A stretch of DNA of 32,000 bases from Moraxella nasovis (GTDB taxonomy: Bacteria > Pseudomonadota > Gammaproteobacteria > Pseudomonadales > Moraxellaceae), in NCBI RefSeq assembly GCF_022701215.1, contig NZ_CP089976.1, positions 1,560,001 through 1,592,000 on the forward strand, in the 5' to 3' direction. Shown here piece by piece: positions 18,604-26,263 of this stretch (its first letter is position 1; each line of letters starts with the position of its first letter). The notes beneath the pieces were generated by a model that did not search any database, was not told the origin of the DNA, and saw nothing but the letters and a program-made list of their open reading frames with translations. The translations under genes were made by a program, and so were the position numbers.

Positions 18604-18629
18604 GATGGCATTCTTGTGATTATGCCATC
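18604..18629 (-). terminator. Hairpin at the hslR 3' end (possible terminator)
   Basis: GATGGCAT (18604-18611) pairs perfectly over 8 bp with ATGCCATC (18622-18629), with a 10-nt loop. It abuts the hslR stop. The U-tail is weak. Confidence 0.35.
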
Positions 18630-19042
18630 TAAAATTGATTTTGAAACTTTTGAATATCTCGGCGTTCTTTTTTGTTCGGTTTGGTGGTAGGACGGGCAAG
18701 GTTTTGTAATTTACGCTGCTTAGCAAAAAATTCTCGTGTGGCGATGCTCTCGTCAGTTTCTTCATAGAGCGTTTGGGCGATGGTGGCGTTGCCACGACTA
18801 TCCGATAAGGCTTTGATGATGATGGTTTTTTGTTCTTGGACGTTTGCGTGTCCTTGACGTATGGTGAGTGTGTCGCCAACTAAGAGTTCTTTACTGGTTT
18901 TGATTTTTTGACCGTTCATGTGAACCTTGCCACCTTCTATCGCTTCTTTGGCGAGCGTGCGGGTGCGAAAAAAGCGTGCCGCCCACAGCCATTTGTCGGC
19001 ACGCACTTTGGTTAACTCTTGGGTTTTGTTGGCATTTATCAT
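18629..19042 (-). CDS. hslR: Ribosome-associated heat shock protein Hsp15 (S4 domain)
   Basis: 137 aa. VRADKWLWAARFFRTRTLAKEAIEGGKVHMNGQKIKTSKELLVGDTLTIRQG is the Hsp15/S4 signature, and the C-terminal tail is basic. Confidence 0.88.
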   Translation of the reverse strand: MINANKTQELTKVRADKWLWAARFFRTRTLAKEAIEGGKVHMNGQKIKTSKELLVGDTLTIRQGHANVQEQKTIIIKALSDSRGNATIAQTLYEETDESIATREFFAKQRKLQNLARPTTKPNKKERRDIQKFQNQF

Positions 19043-19449
19043 GAATTTTCCAAAATTTTAATTACGGTAAACTTCTCAAAAAGTAACCACATTTTATCAT
19101 CAAAAACACCCAATCGCCCAAAAAATTCACGATGAGCCTGTTGCCAATAGGCAAGTGACAAATCGCCTTCGCCTTCTAATTTGGCTAAATTTTCATCAAC
19201 ATCACAAAAGCGAATGATGAATTGATGGGTGCTTTGGATAACACAGCGTGGGCGGTCTTGTCCGTCTGTGATGACTTGCAGGCTACCTGTGGGCGGTGCT
19301 GGGTCTTGTAAATGTTCCACCAAAGAGCCACAAGTTGCCGTCTTTTTACCTTGTATCACAAGCTCTACCAATTCATCCGCCAGCTTTGGGCTGTCGCCAA
19401 ATGACGAGTGGGGCAGGGTGGTGATGTTAATATCGTTAATATTTATCAT
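19039..19449 (-). CDS. ASCH domain protein (PUA-like fold, COG4405-like)
   Basis: It contains MININDINITTLPHSSFGDSPKLADELVELVIQGKKTATCGS and ends with AKLEGEGDLSLAYWQQAHREFF. I chose the ATG at 19449. Its stop overlaps the hslR start (ATGA). The track ORF to 19605 is an upstream run-on through the neighbouring gene. Confidence 0.75.
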   Translation of the reverse strand: MININDINITTLPHSSFGDSPKLADELVELVIQGKKTATCGSLVEHLQDPAPPTGSLQVITDGQDRPRCVIQSTHQFIIRFCDVDENLAKLEGEGDLSLAYWQQAHREFFGRLGVFDDKMWLLFEKFTVIKILENS

Positions 19450-19972
19450 GTGCTTGGATTTTCTTTGTTGTCTTGGTTTGTTGGGCTTTTTGGTTGATTT
19501 TTTCAACCCAAGCGAGCATTTCTGGTGTTTTGGTTGGTAAAATATGAAACTCTCTACCATAATTACAGCTGTCCGCCCAACTGATAAAGCAAATAGGATT
19601 GCCAAATTTACTGTCTTGTTTTAAATAAATTTCTATGGCGTATTTGGATTTTAGATGAAAATAAAATTGATAGTTGACATGGCTAATATCATCGTAGTCT
19701 AAGCGTAATTCGTCTTTATGTTTTTTGATGAGTAGGTGCGTGCCATTATCCCAAACTTCATGCACAAGGGATTTTGTGATTTTATGAAAATGCCGAAACT
19801 TAAAATAACCAGCAATGGTGCTAAATAAGCAAAAAGAAATGGCATTTTCCCAAGTCATTTTATCAAAAGCCGCCAAGGCAATAAAAACAATAGGTAGTAC
19901 AACCACTAATGGTCGTCCGATTTTTTCTTCTAACTGCAGATAGCTGACGTTATGATTTGCAAGATTTGGCAT
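19436..19972 (-). CDS. Hypothetical membrane protein (2 predicted TM helices plus a roughly 110-aa soluble domain)
   Basis: 178-aa ORF with an ATG start and hydrophobic segments RPLVVVLPIVFIALAAF and AISFCLFSTIAGYF. Its 3' end overlaps the ASCH gene start by 14 nt. No family recognised. Confidence 0.6.
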   Translation of the reverse strand: MPNLANHNVSYLQLEEKIGRPLVVVLPIVFIALAAFDKMTWENAISFCLFSTIAGYFKFRHFHKITKSLVHEVWDNGTHLLIKKHKDELRLDYDDISHVNYQFYFHLKSKYAIEIYLKQDSKFGNPICFISWADSCNYGREFHILPTKTPEMLAWVEKINQKAQQTKTTKKIQAHDKY

Positions 19973-20045
19973 GATTTCCTAGATAAATTCACAGGTAAAT
20001 AAAGGTAAAATTTTTTGCCCTTGCTTTAACCTTTGCTATAAATAA

Positions 20046-21301
20046 CTACATTTTCTCCACCGTGCCAATGCCTAGTAGCCCCAAGCCTTGTTTTAAGGTT
20101 TTGGCGGTTAGGTCGGCAAGTTTGATGGTGCCACCTGCACGAGTTTTGAAGGGTTTGCCATCTTTGCCCAGCATCATGCCAAAGTTGTGATGTTCAAGTT
20201 TAAAGTCATCAGGCACAAAGCCTGCTTTTTTGGCGATTGCCCACGCCTGTGCCATGTGCTGGCTTTGGCGAGTGTCTGAATAGACGATGGCACGGTCAGC
20301 GTGCAGGGTCTCGTGGCGGTATTTGGCGGCGGCAATGTCGGTGGTGGTGTACAAATAGCCACCGTCTTTTTTCTGAATGATGATGCCTAAGGGGTCGCCC
20401 TCTTTATTTTTAAATTCGTCCAAGTACACCACTTGTGCCCCATCATTTTCTACGGCAATCCCTTGCTCTTTTAGGCTCTCTACGATGTCAGGTAGCATGG
20501 GATTGTATAGGCTTTCGCCCATGATGTCTTTGTCGGACAGACTTACACCCAAGCGGTCGTAGCTGGCTTGGTTCTGCTGCATCGTGATGGCGACAAGTTT
20601 TTGCCACATATTTACGCAATACTCATCGCCACTTTGTAAGCGGACGACATAGCTACGGGCTTTTTTGGCAAACTCTTCATCATTATCATAGGTCTCTTTA
20701 GCAGCACGATAAAACGCTTCTAAGTCGGACAATTCTAAATCAGACGCATTTTCATTTTGCATTTTTTCAAGATAGGCGATGAGCATACCAAACTGCGTCC
20801 CCCAATCGCCCACATGATTGGCACGAATGACGGTATCGCCCAAAAACTCCATGACACGCACCGAGCTGTCGCCAATGATGGTGGAACGCAAATGTCCAAC
20901 GTGCATTTCTTTGGCGACATTGGGCGATGAATAGTCCACCACCACCGTTTCGGTGTGGTCGGAGTGAATGCCTAGATGGGGGTCGGTGCGTGCGTTTTCT
21001 ACTTCTTTTGCCAAAAAATCTTTATCAAGAAAAATGTTGATAAAACCCGGTCCTGCAATCTCAAAACGCTCGGCAATGCCGTCTAGCTCGCCACTTTGGG
21101 ATAAGTTATCTAGCACTTTTCGGGCAAATTCTCGTGGGTTTACGCCCAATTTTTTTTGGCAACGCCCATCACGCCATTGGCTTGATAATCGCCAAATTGG
21201 GGCTTGCCTGATTGCTTGATGACAGGGTCGGTGGTCTCGTCCGCCCCTGCTTGTATCATGGCGGTTTTGATGGGGGTGTGAAGCGTGGATAAAATGGTCA
21301 T
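20046..21301 (-). pseudogene. argS: Arginine--tRNA ligase, disrupted (frameshift in an A8/T8 run and in-frame loss of the anticodon-binding domain)
   Basis: From the ATG at 21301, [50 protein letters not shown] runs into a TAA at 21140-21142. The reading continues in another frame from 21149 as [13 protein letters not shown]...AGPGFINIF...[21 protein letters not shown]...[15 protein letters not shown]. The C-terminus reads [33 protein letters not shown], which lacks the roughly 170-aa DALR domain present in E. coli ArgRS. Confidence 0.85.
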
Positions 21302-21618
21302 GGCGATTTTATAAATTAAATGATGAGAAAGCTTGATATTATACTAAATTTTGACCTATTTTAGGAAAAAAATTGGCAAATAAAATCAGCAAATAAAAAG
21401 CACAATAAGAAAAATTACACGTTCTTTCATGCAAAAACGCCTAAATTTTTTAAAAATATTTGTAGTTTGTCAAAGTGTGATATGTCCTGATTTAAGCAAA
21501 ATAAAACGCCCTGATTGTCAGTTGGTCAAACCATGGCTTTGGCTTTTTGGGTGATTTTGTCATGACGCCAAATCTTGTATAAAACAAATTTTTATCTTGG
21601 TTGTTCAAATCACGCTGA

Positions 21619-21652
21619 TTGTCATACAACTGTCATTTTTGCTTGTTAAACT
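21619..21652 (+). promoter_or_regulatory. Pho box plus -10 element of the pstS promoter
   Basis: TTGTCATACAACTGTCAT (21619-21636) has two TGTCAT repeats 11 bp apart, matching the consensus CTGTCATA(A/T)A(T/A)CTGTCA(C/T). TAAACT at 21647-21652 lies 10 bp downstream and about 65 nt upstream of the pstS ATG. Confidence 0.75.
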
Positions 21653-21716
21653 TAGCACCAATAAGTTAGCGGTCATTCCAAACGCCCGATTTTGGGTCAT
21701 TTTACAAGGTAAAATC

Positions 21717-22841
21717 ATGAAAGCAAATAAATTCGTCATCTCGGCACTGTGTTTATCACTGGTTGCATTGGTGGGCTGTCAAGATAAATCTGCACCCGCA
21801 GAAACGGCAGAAAAGACCACCCCACAAGCTGCCGCCCAAGCAGGTTCAAACGAACAAATCGCCCTAAGTGCCACAGGTGCAGGGGCATCTTTCCCACAAC
21901 CGATTTATGCTAAGTGGGCAAGCGAATTTGCCGAAAGTGGCGGACAAATCAACTATCAGTCCATCGGCTCGTCAGGCGGGGTTAAGCAAATCATCGCCAA
22001 GACGGTAGATTTTGGGGCGACTGACAGCCCATTGTCCGCCGAAGAGTTGGATAAAGAAGGTCTAATCCAATTCCCAGCCGTCATCGGTGGCGTTGTGCCG
22101 ATTGTCAATATCCAAGGCGTGTCGGCAGGGCAGTTAAAGCTCACAGGCGAGATTTTAGCACAGATTTATCTGGGTGAGATTACCAAATGGAGCGACCCAA
22201 AAATCAAAGAGCTAAACCCTGACGCCCCCTTACCTGACGAAAACATCGTAACCGTATTTCGCTCGGACGGCTCTGGCACGAGCTTCATCTTTACCAATTA
22301 TCTATCCCAAGTGTCTGCCAAGTGGAAAGAGACAGTCGGTGCGGACAAAACCGTCAAATGGCCAACCAGTCAGACAGGCACGGCAGGCAAGGGCAATGAA
22401 GGCGTGGCGACCTATGTGGGGCGTGTGAATAACTCCATCGGCTATGTAGAATACGCTTATGCCAAGCAAAATAATATGGCTCATGTGTCGCTCAAAAACC
22501 AAGCAGGGCAATTCGTTCAGCCGTCCCAAGAGACTTTTGCTGCCGCAGCGGACGTGGACTGGTCATCAGCCAAAGGCTTTAACCTTATCCTAACCAACCA
22601 GCCCAGCCAAAACGCATGGCCACTGGCTGCCGCCACCTTTATCCTAATGCACAAAACGCCTGCCAATGCCGACAACGCCAAATCAGCCTTGACGTTCTTT
22701 GATTATGCCTTTAAACAGGGCGATGACATGGCAAGACAGCTGGACTATGTGCCACTACCTGCGAGCGTCAAAGACTTGGTGCGTGGGCAGTGGGCGAATG
22801 TTGTTGGTACGGACGGTAAGGCGGTTTATACTGCCAAGTAA
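21717..22841 (+). CDS. pstS: Phosphate ABC transporter substrate-binding lipoprotein PstS
   Basis: MKANKFVISALCLSLVALVGCQDK has a lipoprotein signal with an LVGC lipobox. PstS blocks GAGASFPQPIYAKWA, YQSIGSGGG-like and RSDGSGTSFIFTNYL are present. The track start at 21597 is a TTG run-on. Confidence 0.93.
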   Translation: MKANKFVISALCLSLVALVGCQDKSAPAETAEKTTPQAAAQAGSNEQIALSATGAGASFPQPIYAKWASEFAESGGQINYQSIGSSGGVKQIIAKTVDFGATDSPLSAEELDKEGLIQFPAVIGGVVPIVNIQGVSAGQLKLTGEILAQIYLGEITKWSDPKIKELNPDAPLPDENIVTVFRSDGSGTSFIFTNYLSQVSAKWKETVGADKTVKWPTSQTGTAGKGNEGVATYVGRVNNSIGYVEYAYAKQNNMAHVSLKNQAGQFVQPSQETFAAAADVDWSSAKGFNLILTNQPSQNAWPLAAATFILMHKTPANADNAKSALTFFDYAFKQGDDMARQLDYVPLPASVKDLVRGQWANVVGTDGKAVYTAK

Positions 22842-22994
22842 TTTATAGGGAGAGCCGTGCAAGCGGTTTTCCTTTTTTGTTAAAAATACAATCAAATGTA
22901 TGGAGTAGGGGCAGATAATCATCTGCTCAACCAAATGGGCGGAAAATTTTTCGTCCCTACACATTACATTTACCAAATCAAAAGCGAATGGAGA

Positions 22995-23972
22995 ATGTCC
23001 CAAATGGATACGTTACTCGCCAAACAATCACTAACACACAAGTTAAAGCGCGAACAAAGGCTTGATAGCTTATTTGTCGGCACAACCAAATTTTTTGCCC
23101 TATTTGTGCTGTGTATTTTGGGTGGGATTTTGCTGTCGCTCATTTATGGGGCAATGCCTGCCATACGCACGTTTGGGCTAGATTTTTTGACAAGCTCAAA
23201 CTGGGATGTGGTCGCAGGCGAATATGGGGTATTAGCACCGATTTATGGCACGCTTGTTACGTCTGTCATTGCCCTTGCTATCGCCACGCCAGTCAGTTTC
23301 GGCATTGCCATCTTTTTGACCGAGCTTTGCCCTAAATTTTTAAAAAAGCCCCTTGGCATCGCTGTGGAGCTACTGGCAGGCATTCCGTCTATCATCTATG
23401 GTATGTGGGGGCTGTTTGTGTTTGCACCGATTTTTGCCACTTACGTTCAGCCTGCTCTTGCCAAGACCATCGGGCAAATCCCTGTGCTTGACAAATTTTT
23501 TGCAGGCGTGCCGATGGGGATTGGGATTTTGGCGGCGGGGCTTATCCTTGCGATTATGATTATTCCCTTTATTGCGTCTGTCATGCGAGATGTGTTTGAG
23601 ATTACCCCAAATATGCTCAAAGAATCCGCCTATGGATTGGGGGCGACACGCTGGGAAGTCATTCGCCATGTGGTCTTGCCTTATACCAAATCAGGCGTGG
23701 TCGGTGGTGTGATTTTAGGTTTGGGGCGTGCCTTAGGCGAGACGATGGCGGTAACCTTTATCATCGGTAATACCTTTAATCTGTCGGCTGACCTATTCGG
23801 CTCTGGGGTGTCCATCACGTCCGCCCTTGCCAATGAATTTGCCGAAGCGATAGACCCCATGCACATCTCGTCGCTGTTGTTTTTGGGCTTAATTTTGTTT
23901 GTCATCACGTTTATTGTCTTGTGTATCTCCAAAATTATGCTGTTAAAAATGCAAAAACATGAAGGCAGATAA
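22995..23972 (+). CDS. pstC: Phosphate ABC transporter permease PstC
   Basis: It is collinear with E. coli PstC ([57 protein letters not shown]). The ATG at 22995 has a GGAGA Shine-Dalgarno. Confidence 0.93.
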   Translation: MSQMDTLLAKQSLTHKLKREQRLDSLFVGTTKFFALFVLCILGGILLSLIYGAMPAIRTFGLDFLTSSNWDVVAGEYGVLAPIYGTLVTSVIALAIATPVSFGIAIFLTELCPKFLKKPLGIAVELLAGIPSIIYGMWGLFVFAPIFATYVQPALAKTIGQIPVLDKFFAGVPMGIGILAAGLILAIMIIPFIASVMRDVFEITPNMLKESAYGLGATRWEVIRHVVLPYTKSGVVGGVILGLGRALGETMAVTFIIGNTFNLSADLFGSGVSITSALANEFAEAIDPMHISSLLFLGLILFVITFIVLCISKIMLLKMQKHEGR

Positions 23973-24002
23973 TTTGTGAAATTATGATGTAGGCAAGAAA
24001 AC

Positions 24003-24077
24003 CGTTCGTGGTGAGCCTGTCGAACCATAATGGTTTTCGGTGGTTTTCCTACCCGCAGGCATAGCTCAGGGCGAACG
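24003..24077. repeat. 75-bp palindromic REP/MITE-like element in the pstC-pstA spacer
   Basis: The ends are inverted copies of CGTTCG-NNN-TGAGC: CGTTCGTGGTGAGC at 24003-24016 and GCTCAGGGCGAACG at 24064-24077. There is an internal hairpin CGAACCAT/ATGGTTTTCG. The flanks are GAAAAC and AAAAAC. Confidence 0.55.
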
Positions 24078-24117
24078 AAAAACCTATCCAACTCTCAATT
24101 TTAAAATGGAAATTAAA

Positions 24118-25032
24118 ATGCAATACGATATCAGCCAATCTTGTCCAAATCTATCAAACGTAAACTTACCAAGTTTGCCAGCCGTCAAGCAATTATGTCA
24201 AAAAACCTACGCCAAACGCCGTTTTATCAATCAATCCCTGCTCGTCTTTGCTTATGGGGCGATGGGATTTGGACTGCTTTGGCTTGGCTGGATTTTAATC
24301 ACGCTCTTTGGCGAAGGCTTATCAGGCTTATCCGCCCAAGTATTTAGCCAAAACACGCCTGCTCCCATGAGTATGGGCGGTCTAAAAAACGCCATTGTCG
24401 GCAGTCTTATGATAACGGCAGGCGGTCTGTTTATCGGTACGCCTGTGGGAATCATGTGCGGGATTTACTTAGCCGAATTTGGCAAAAAATCTCGCCTAGC
24501 GTCTGCCACTCGCTTTATGAATGATGTGCTACTGTCCGCCCCGTCCATCGTGATTGGTCTGTTTATTTATGCCCTTGTGGTTGTGCCGATGGGCAGATTT
24601 TCAGGCGTGGCAGGCTCGCTGGCGTTGTCGCTACTTGTCATTCCTGTGGTCGTTCGCACCACCGAAAATATGCTTAATCTTGTGCCAGATACCTTGCGTG
24701 AAGCCAGCTTTGCCCTTGGTACGCCCAAATATAAAATGGTGGGTCTGGTAACTTTAAAATCCGCCCAAGCAGGCGTGATGACAGGTGTTTTGCTGTCGCT
24801 GGCTCGTATCTCGGGCGAGACCGCACCGCTCCTGTTTACCGCCTTGAACAACCAATTTTTTAGCACCGACATGACCGCTCCGATGGCAAACTTGCCAAAC
24901 GTCATTTATCAATTTGCCATGAGTCCGTATGACAATTGGCAGGCTCTGGCGTGGAGTGGGGCGTTGCTCATCACCCTTGCCGTACTGACCACCAATGTGA
25001 TTGCAAGGGTGTTAAATAGTAAATCGCACTAA
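24118..25032 (+). CDS. pstA: Phosphate ABC transporter permease PstA
   Basis: It is collinear with E. coli PstA (GTPVGIMCGIYLAEFGKKSRLA, NDVLLSAPSIVIGLF, RTTENMLNLVP, LREASFALGTPKYKM, ARISGETAPLLFTALNNQF). The start is ATG 24118 or ATG 24106. The track start at 24040 runs through the repeat element. Confidence 0.92.
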   Translation: MQYDISQSCPNLSNVNLPSLPAVKQLCQKTYAKRRFINQSLLVFAYGAMGFGLLWLGWILITLFGEGLSGLSAQVFSQNTPAPMSMGGLKNAIVGSLMITAGGLFIGTPVGIMCGIYLAEFGKKSRLASATRFMNDVLLSAPSIVIGLFIYALVVVPMGRFSGVAGSLALSLLVIPVVVRTTENMLNLVPDTLREASFALGTPKYKMVGLVTLKSAQAGVMTGVLLSLARISGETAPLLFTALNNQFFSTDMTAPMANLPNVIYQFAMSPYDNWQALAWSGALLITLAVLTTNVIARVLNSKSH

Positions 25033-25062
25033 TTTTACTTTTAAATTCAAAAGGATAAAAAA

Positions 25063-25848
25063 ATGAACTTTCCCAATTCTGAAATTAGCAAACCTGCTGA
25101 TAAAATTACCGTTAAAAATTTTAACTTCTACTACGGCAATTTCCACGCCCTAAAAAACGTGAGTCTCACCATTCCCACAGGGCAAGTTACGGCATTCATT
25201 GGACCATCTGGCTGTGGTAAATCCACGCTCCTTCGTAGCTTTAACCGTATGTATGACCTATACGACAGCTCACGCACCGAAGGCGAGATTTTGCTAGACG
25301 GACAAAATATTTTGGATAAACACACCGATGTCAATCTTTTGCGTAGCAAGGTGGGTATGGTTTTTCAAAAGCCCACGCCATTTCCGATGTCCATCTACGA
25401 CAACGTGGCATTTGGGGTCAAACTGTACGAAAATCTGTCCAAATCCGAGCTTGATGAGCGAGTGGCATGGGCGTTAAAAAAGTCCGCTCTGTGGAATGAA
25501 GTCAAAGACAAATTAAAGCAATCAGGCAACTCACTATCAGGCGGACAACAACAGCGTCTGTGTATCGCACGAGCCACCGCTTGCCGTCCTGATGTGCTAC
25601 TCTTAGACGAGCCAACGTCCGCCCTTGACCCTATTTCTACAGGCTTTATTGAAGAGTTGATTGGTGAGTTAAAGCAAGATTACACCATTGCCATTGTTAC
25701 ACACAATATGCAACAAGCCCAGCGTATCTCCGATAAGACCGCTTATATGTATTTGGGCGAGCTGATTGAAATGGGCGACACCAAGAAGATATTTAGCGAA
25801 CCAACACTTAAAGCGACTTATGATTATATCACAGGCAAATTTGGCTAA
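25063..25848 (+). CDS. pstB: Phosphate ABC transporter ATP-binding protein PstB
   Basis: [17 protein letters not shown], Walker [36 protein letters not shown] and VTHNMQQA are present, and it is collinear with E. coli PstB. Confidence 0.96.
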   Translation: MNFPNSEISKPADKITVKNFNFYYGNFHALKNVSLTIPTGQVTAFIGPSGCGKSTLLRSFNRMYDLYDSSRTEGEILLDGQNILDKHTDVNLLRSKVGMVFQKPTPFPMSIYDNVAFGVKLYENLSKSELDERVAWALKKSALWNEVKDKLKQSGNSLSGGQQQRLCIARATACRPDVLLLDEPTSALDPISTGFIEELIGELKQDYTIAIVTHNMQQAQRISDKTAYMYLGELIEMGDTKKIFSEPTLKATYDYITGKFG

Positions 25849-26072
25849 AATATTACCAAATAATTTTTATTTTGCAAAAAGTGTTACAAAGGGTAGGTAT
25901 ACTCTAAAATTTTGTCAAAAAATTAAAAATTATGATACATTATTGTGATGATAAATGTGATGTTTGTTTGGCGTTGTGTGAACAAATGATGCTTGATTGA
26001 ATAATTTTGAGTATTGCTTTGGTATTACTTAGCGTTACTTTGGTGTTGTTTTGCAAAGATGTTAAAAAATTG

Positions 26073-26104
26073 TTTGTGGTAATGTTTGTGGTAAATTGTG
26101 GCAA
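26073..26104 (+). promoter_or_regulatory. Three phased direct repeats (TTTGTGGTAA, TTTGTGGTAA, ATTGTGGCAA): candidate response-regulator site upstream of phoB
   Basis: TGTGG(T/C) cores start at 26075, 26087 and 26097, with spacings of 12 and 10 bp (about one helical turn). A possible -10 (TAAATT, 26117-26122) lies downstream. The sequence differs from the TGTCAT Pho-box core, so the assignment is tentative. Confidence 0.3.
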
Positions 26105-26263
26105 ACTTAGTAGCCTAAATTTCACCTCCTTTGATGGTGGTGGCTTAGGATTGGTAGCAAAATCTTTTACAATATGCTCGTCTAATCAATACCAAATCTT
26201 AAAGTTTGGAGGTGAATTTTCACCTAATGCACCAAATACCAAGAGATGAAAAAGGAGATAATC

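Noticed and set aside
18541-18879. 112-aa ORF overlapping the hslR 3' half in another frame.
   Set aside because: The hslR frame carries the S4/Hsp15 signature. The alternative frame is Lys/Ser/Pro-rich low-complexity sequence with no start context.
19450-19605. N-terminal extensions offered by the ORF track: ASCH to 19605, DUF218 to 17066, murB to 18039, metK to 11762, pstS from 21597, pstC from 22896, pstA from 24040, grxC from 15358, phoB from 26246.
   Set aside because: The extensions run into upstream genes, the Pho box or the repeat element, or they lack Shine-Dalgarno sites. Internal ATGs with Shine-Dalgarno sites coincide with the conserved N-termini of each family.
26007-26249. 80-aa ORF (TTG start) and other small frames in the pstB-phoB spacer. 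I also considered that the spacer might be a decayed phoU.
   Set aside because: It has a Val/Leu/Phe-rich low-complexity translation driven by the T/G-rich repeats, no Shine-Dalgarno site and a non-ATG start. The spacer is shorter than phoU, and I could see no PhoU-like helical repeat motifs in any frame. I cannot exclude a remnant without a BLASTX or HMM search.
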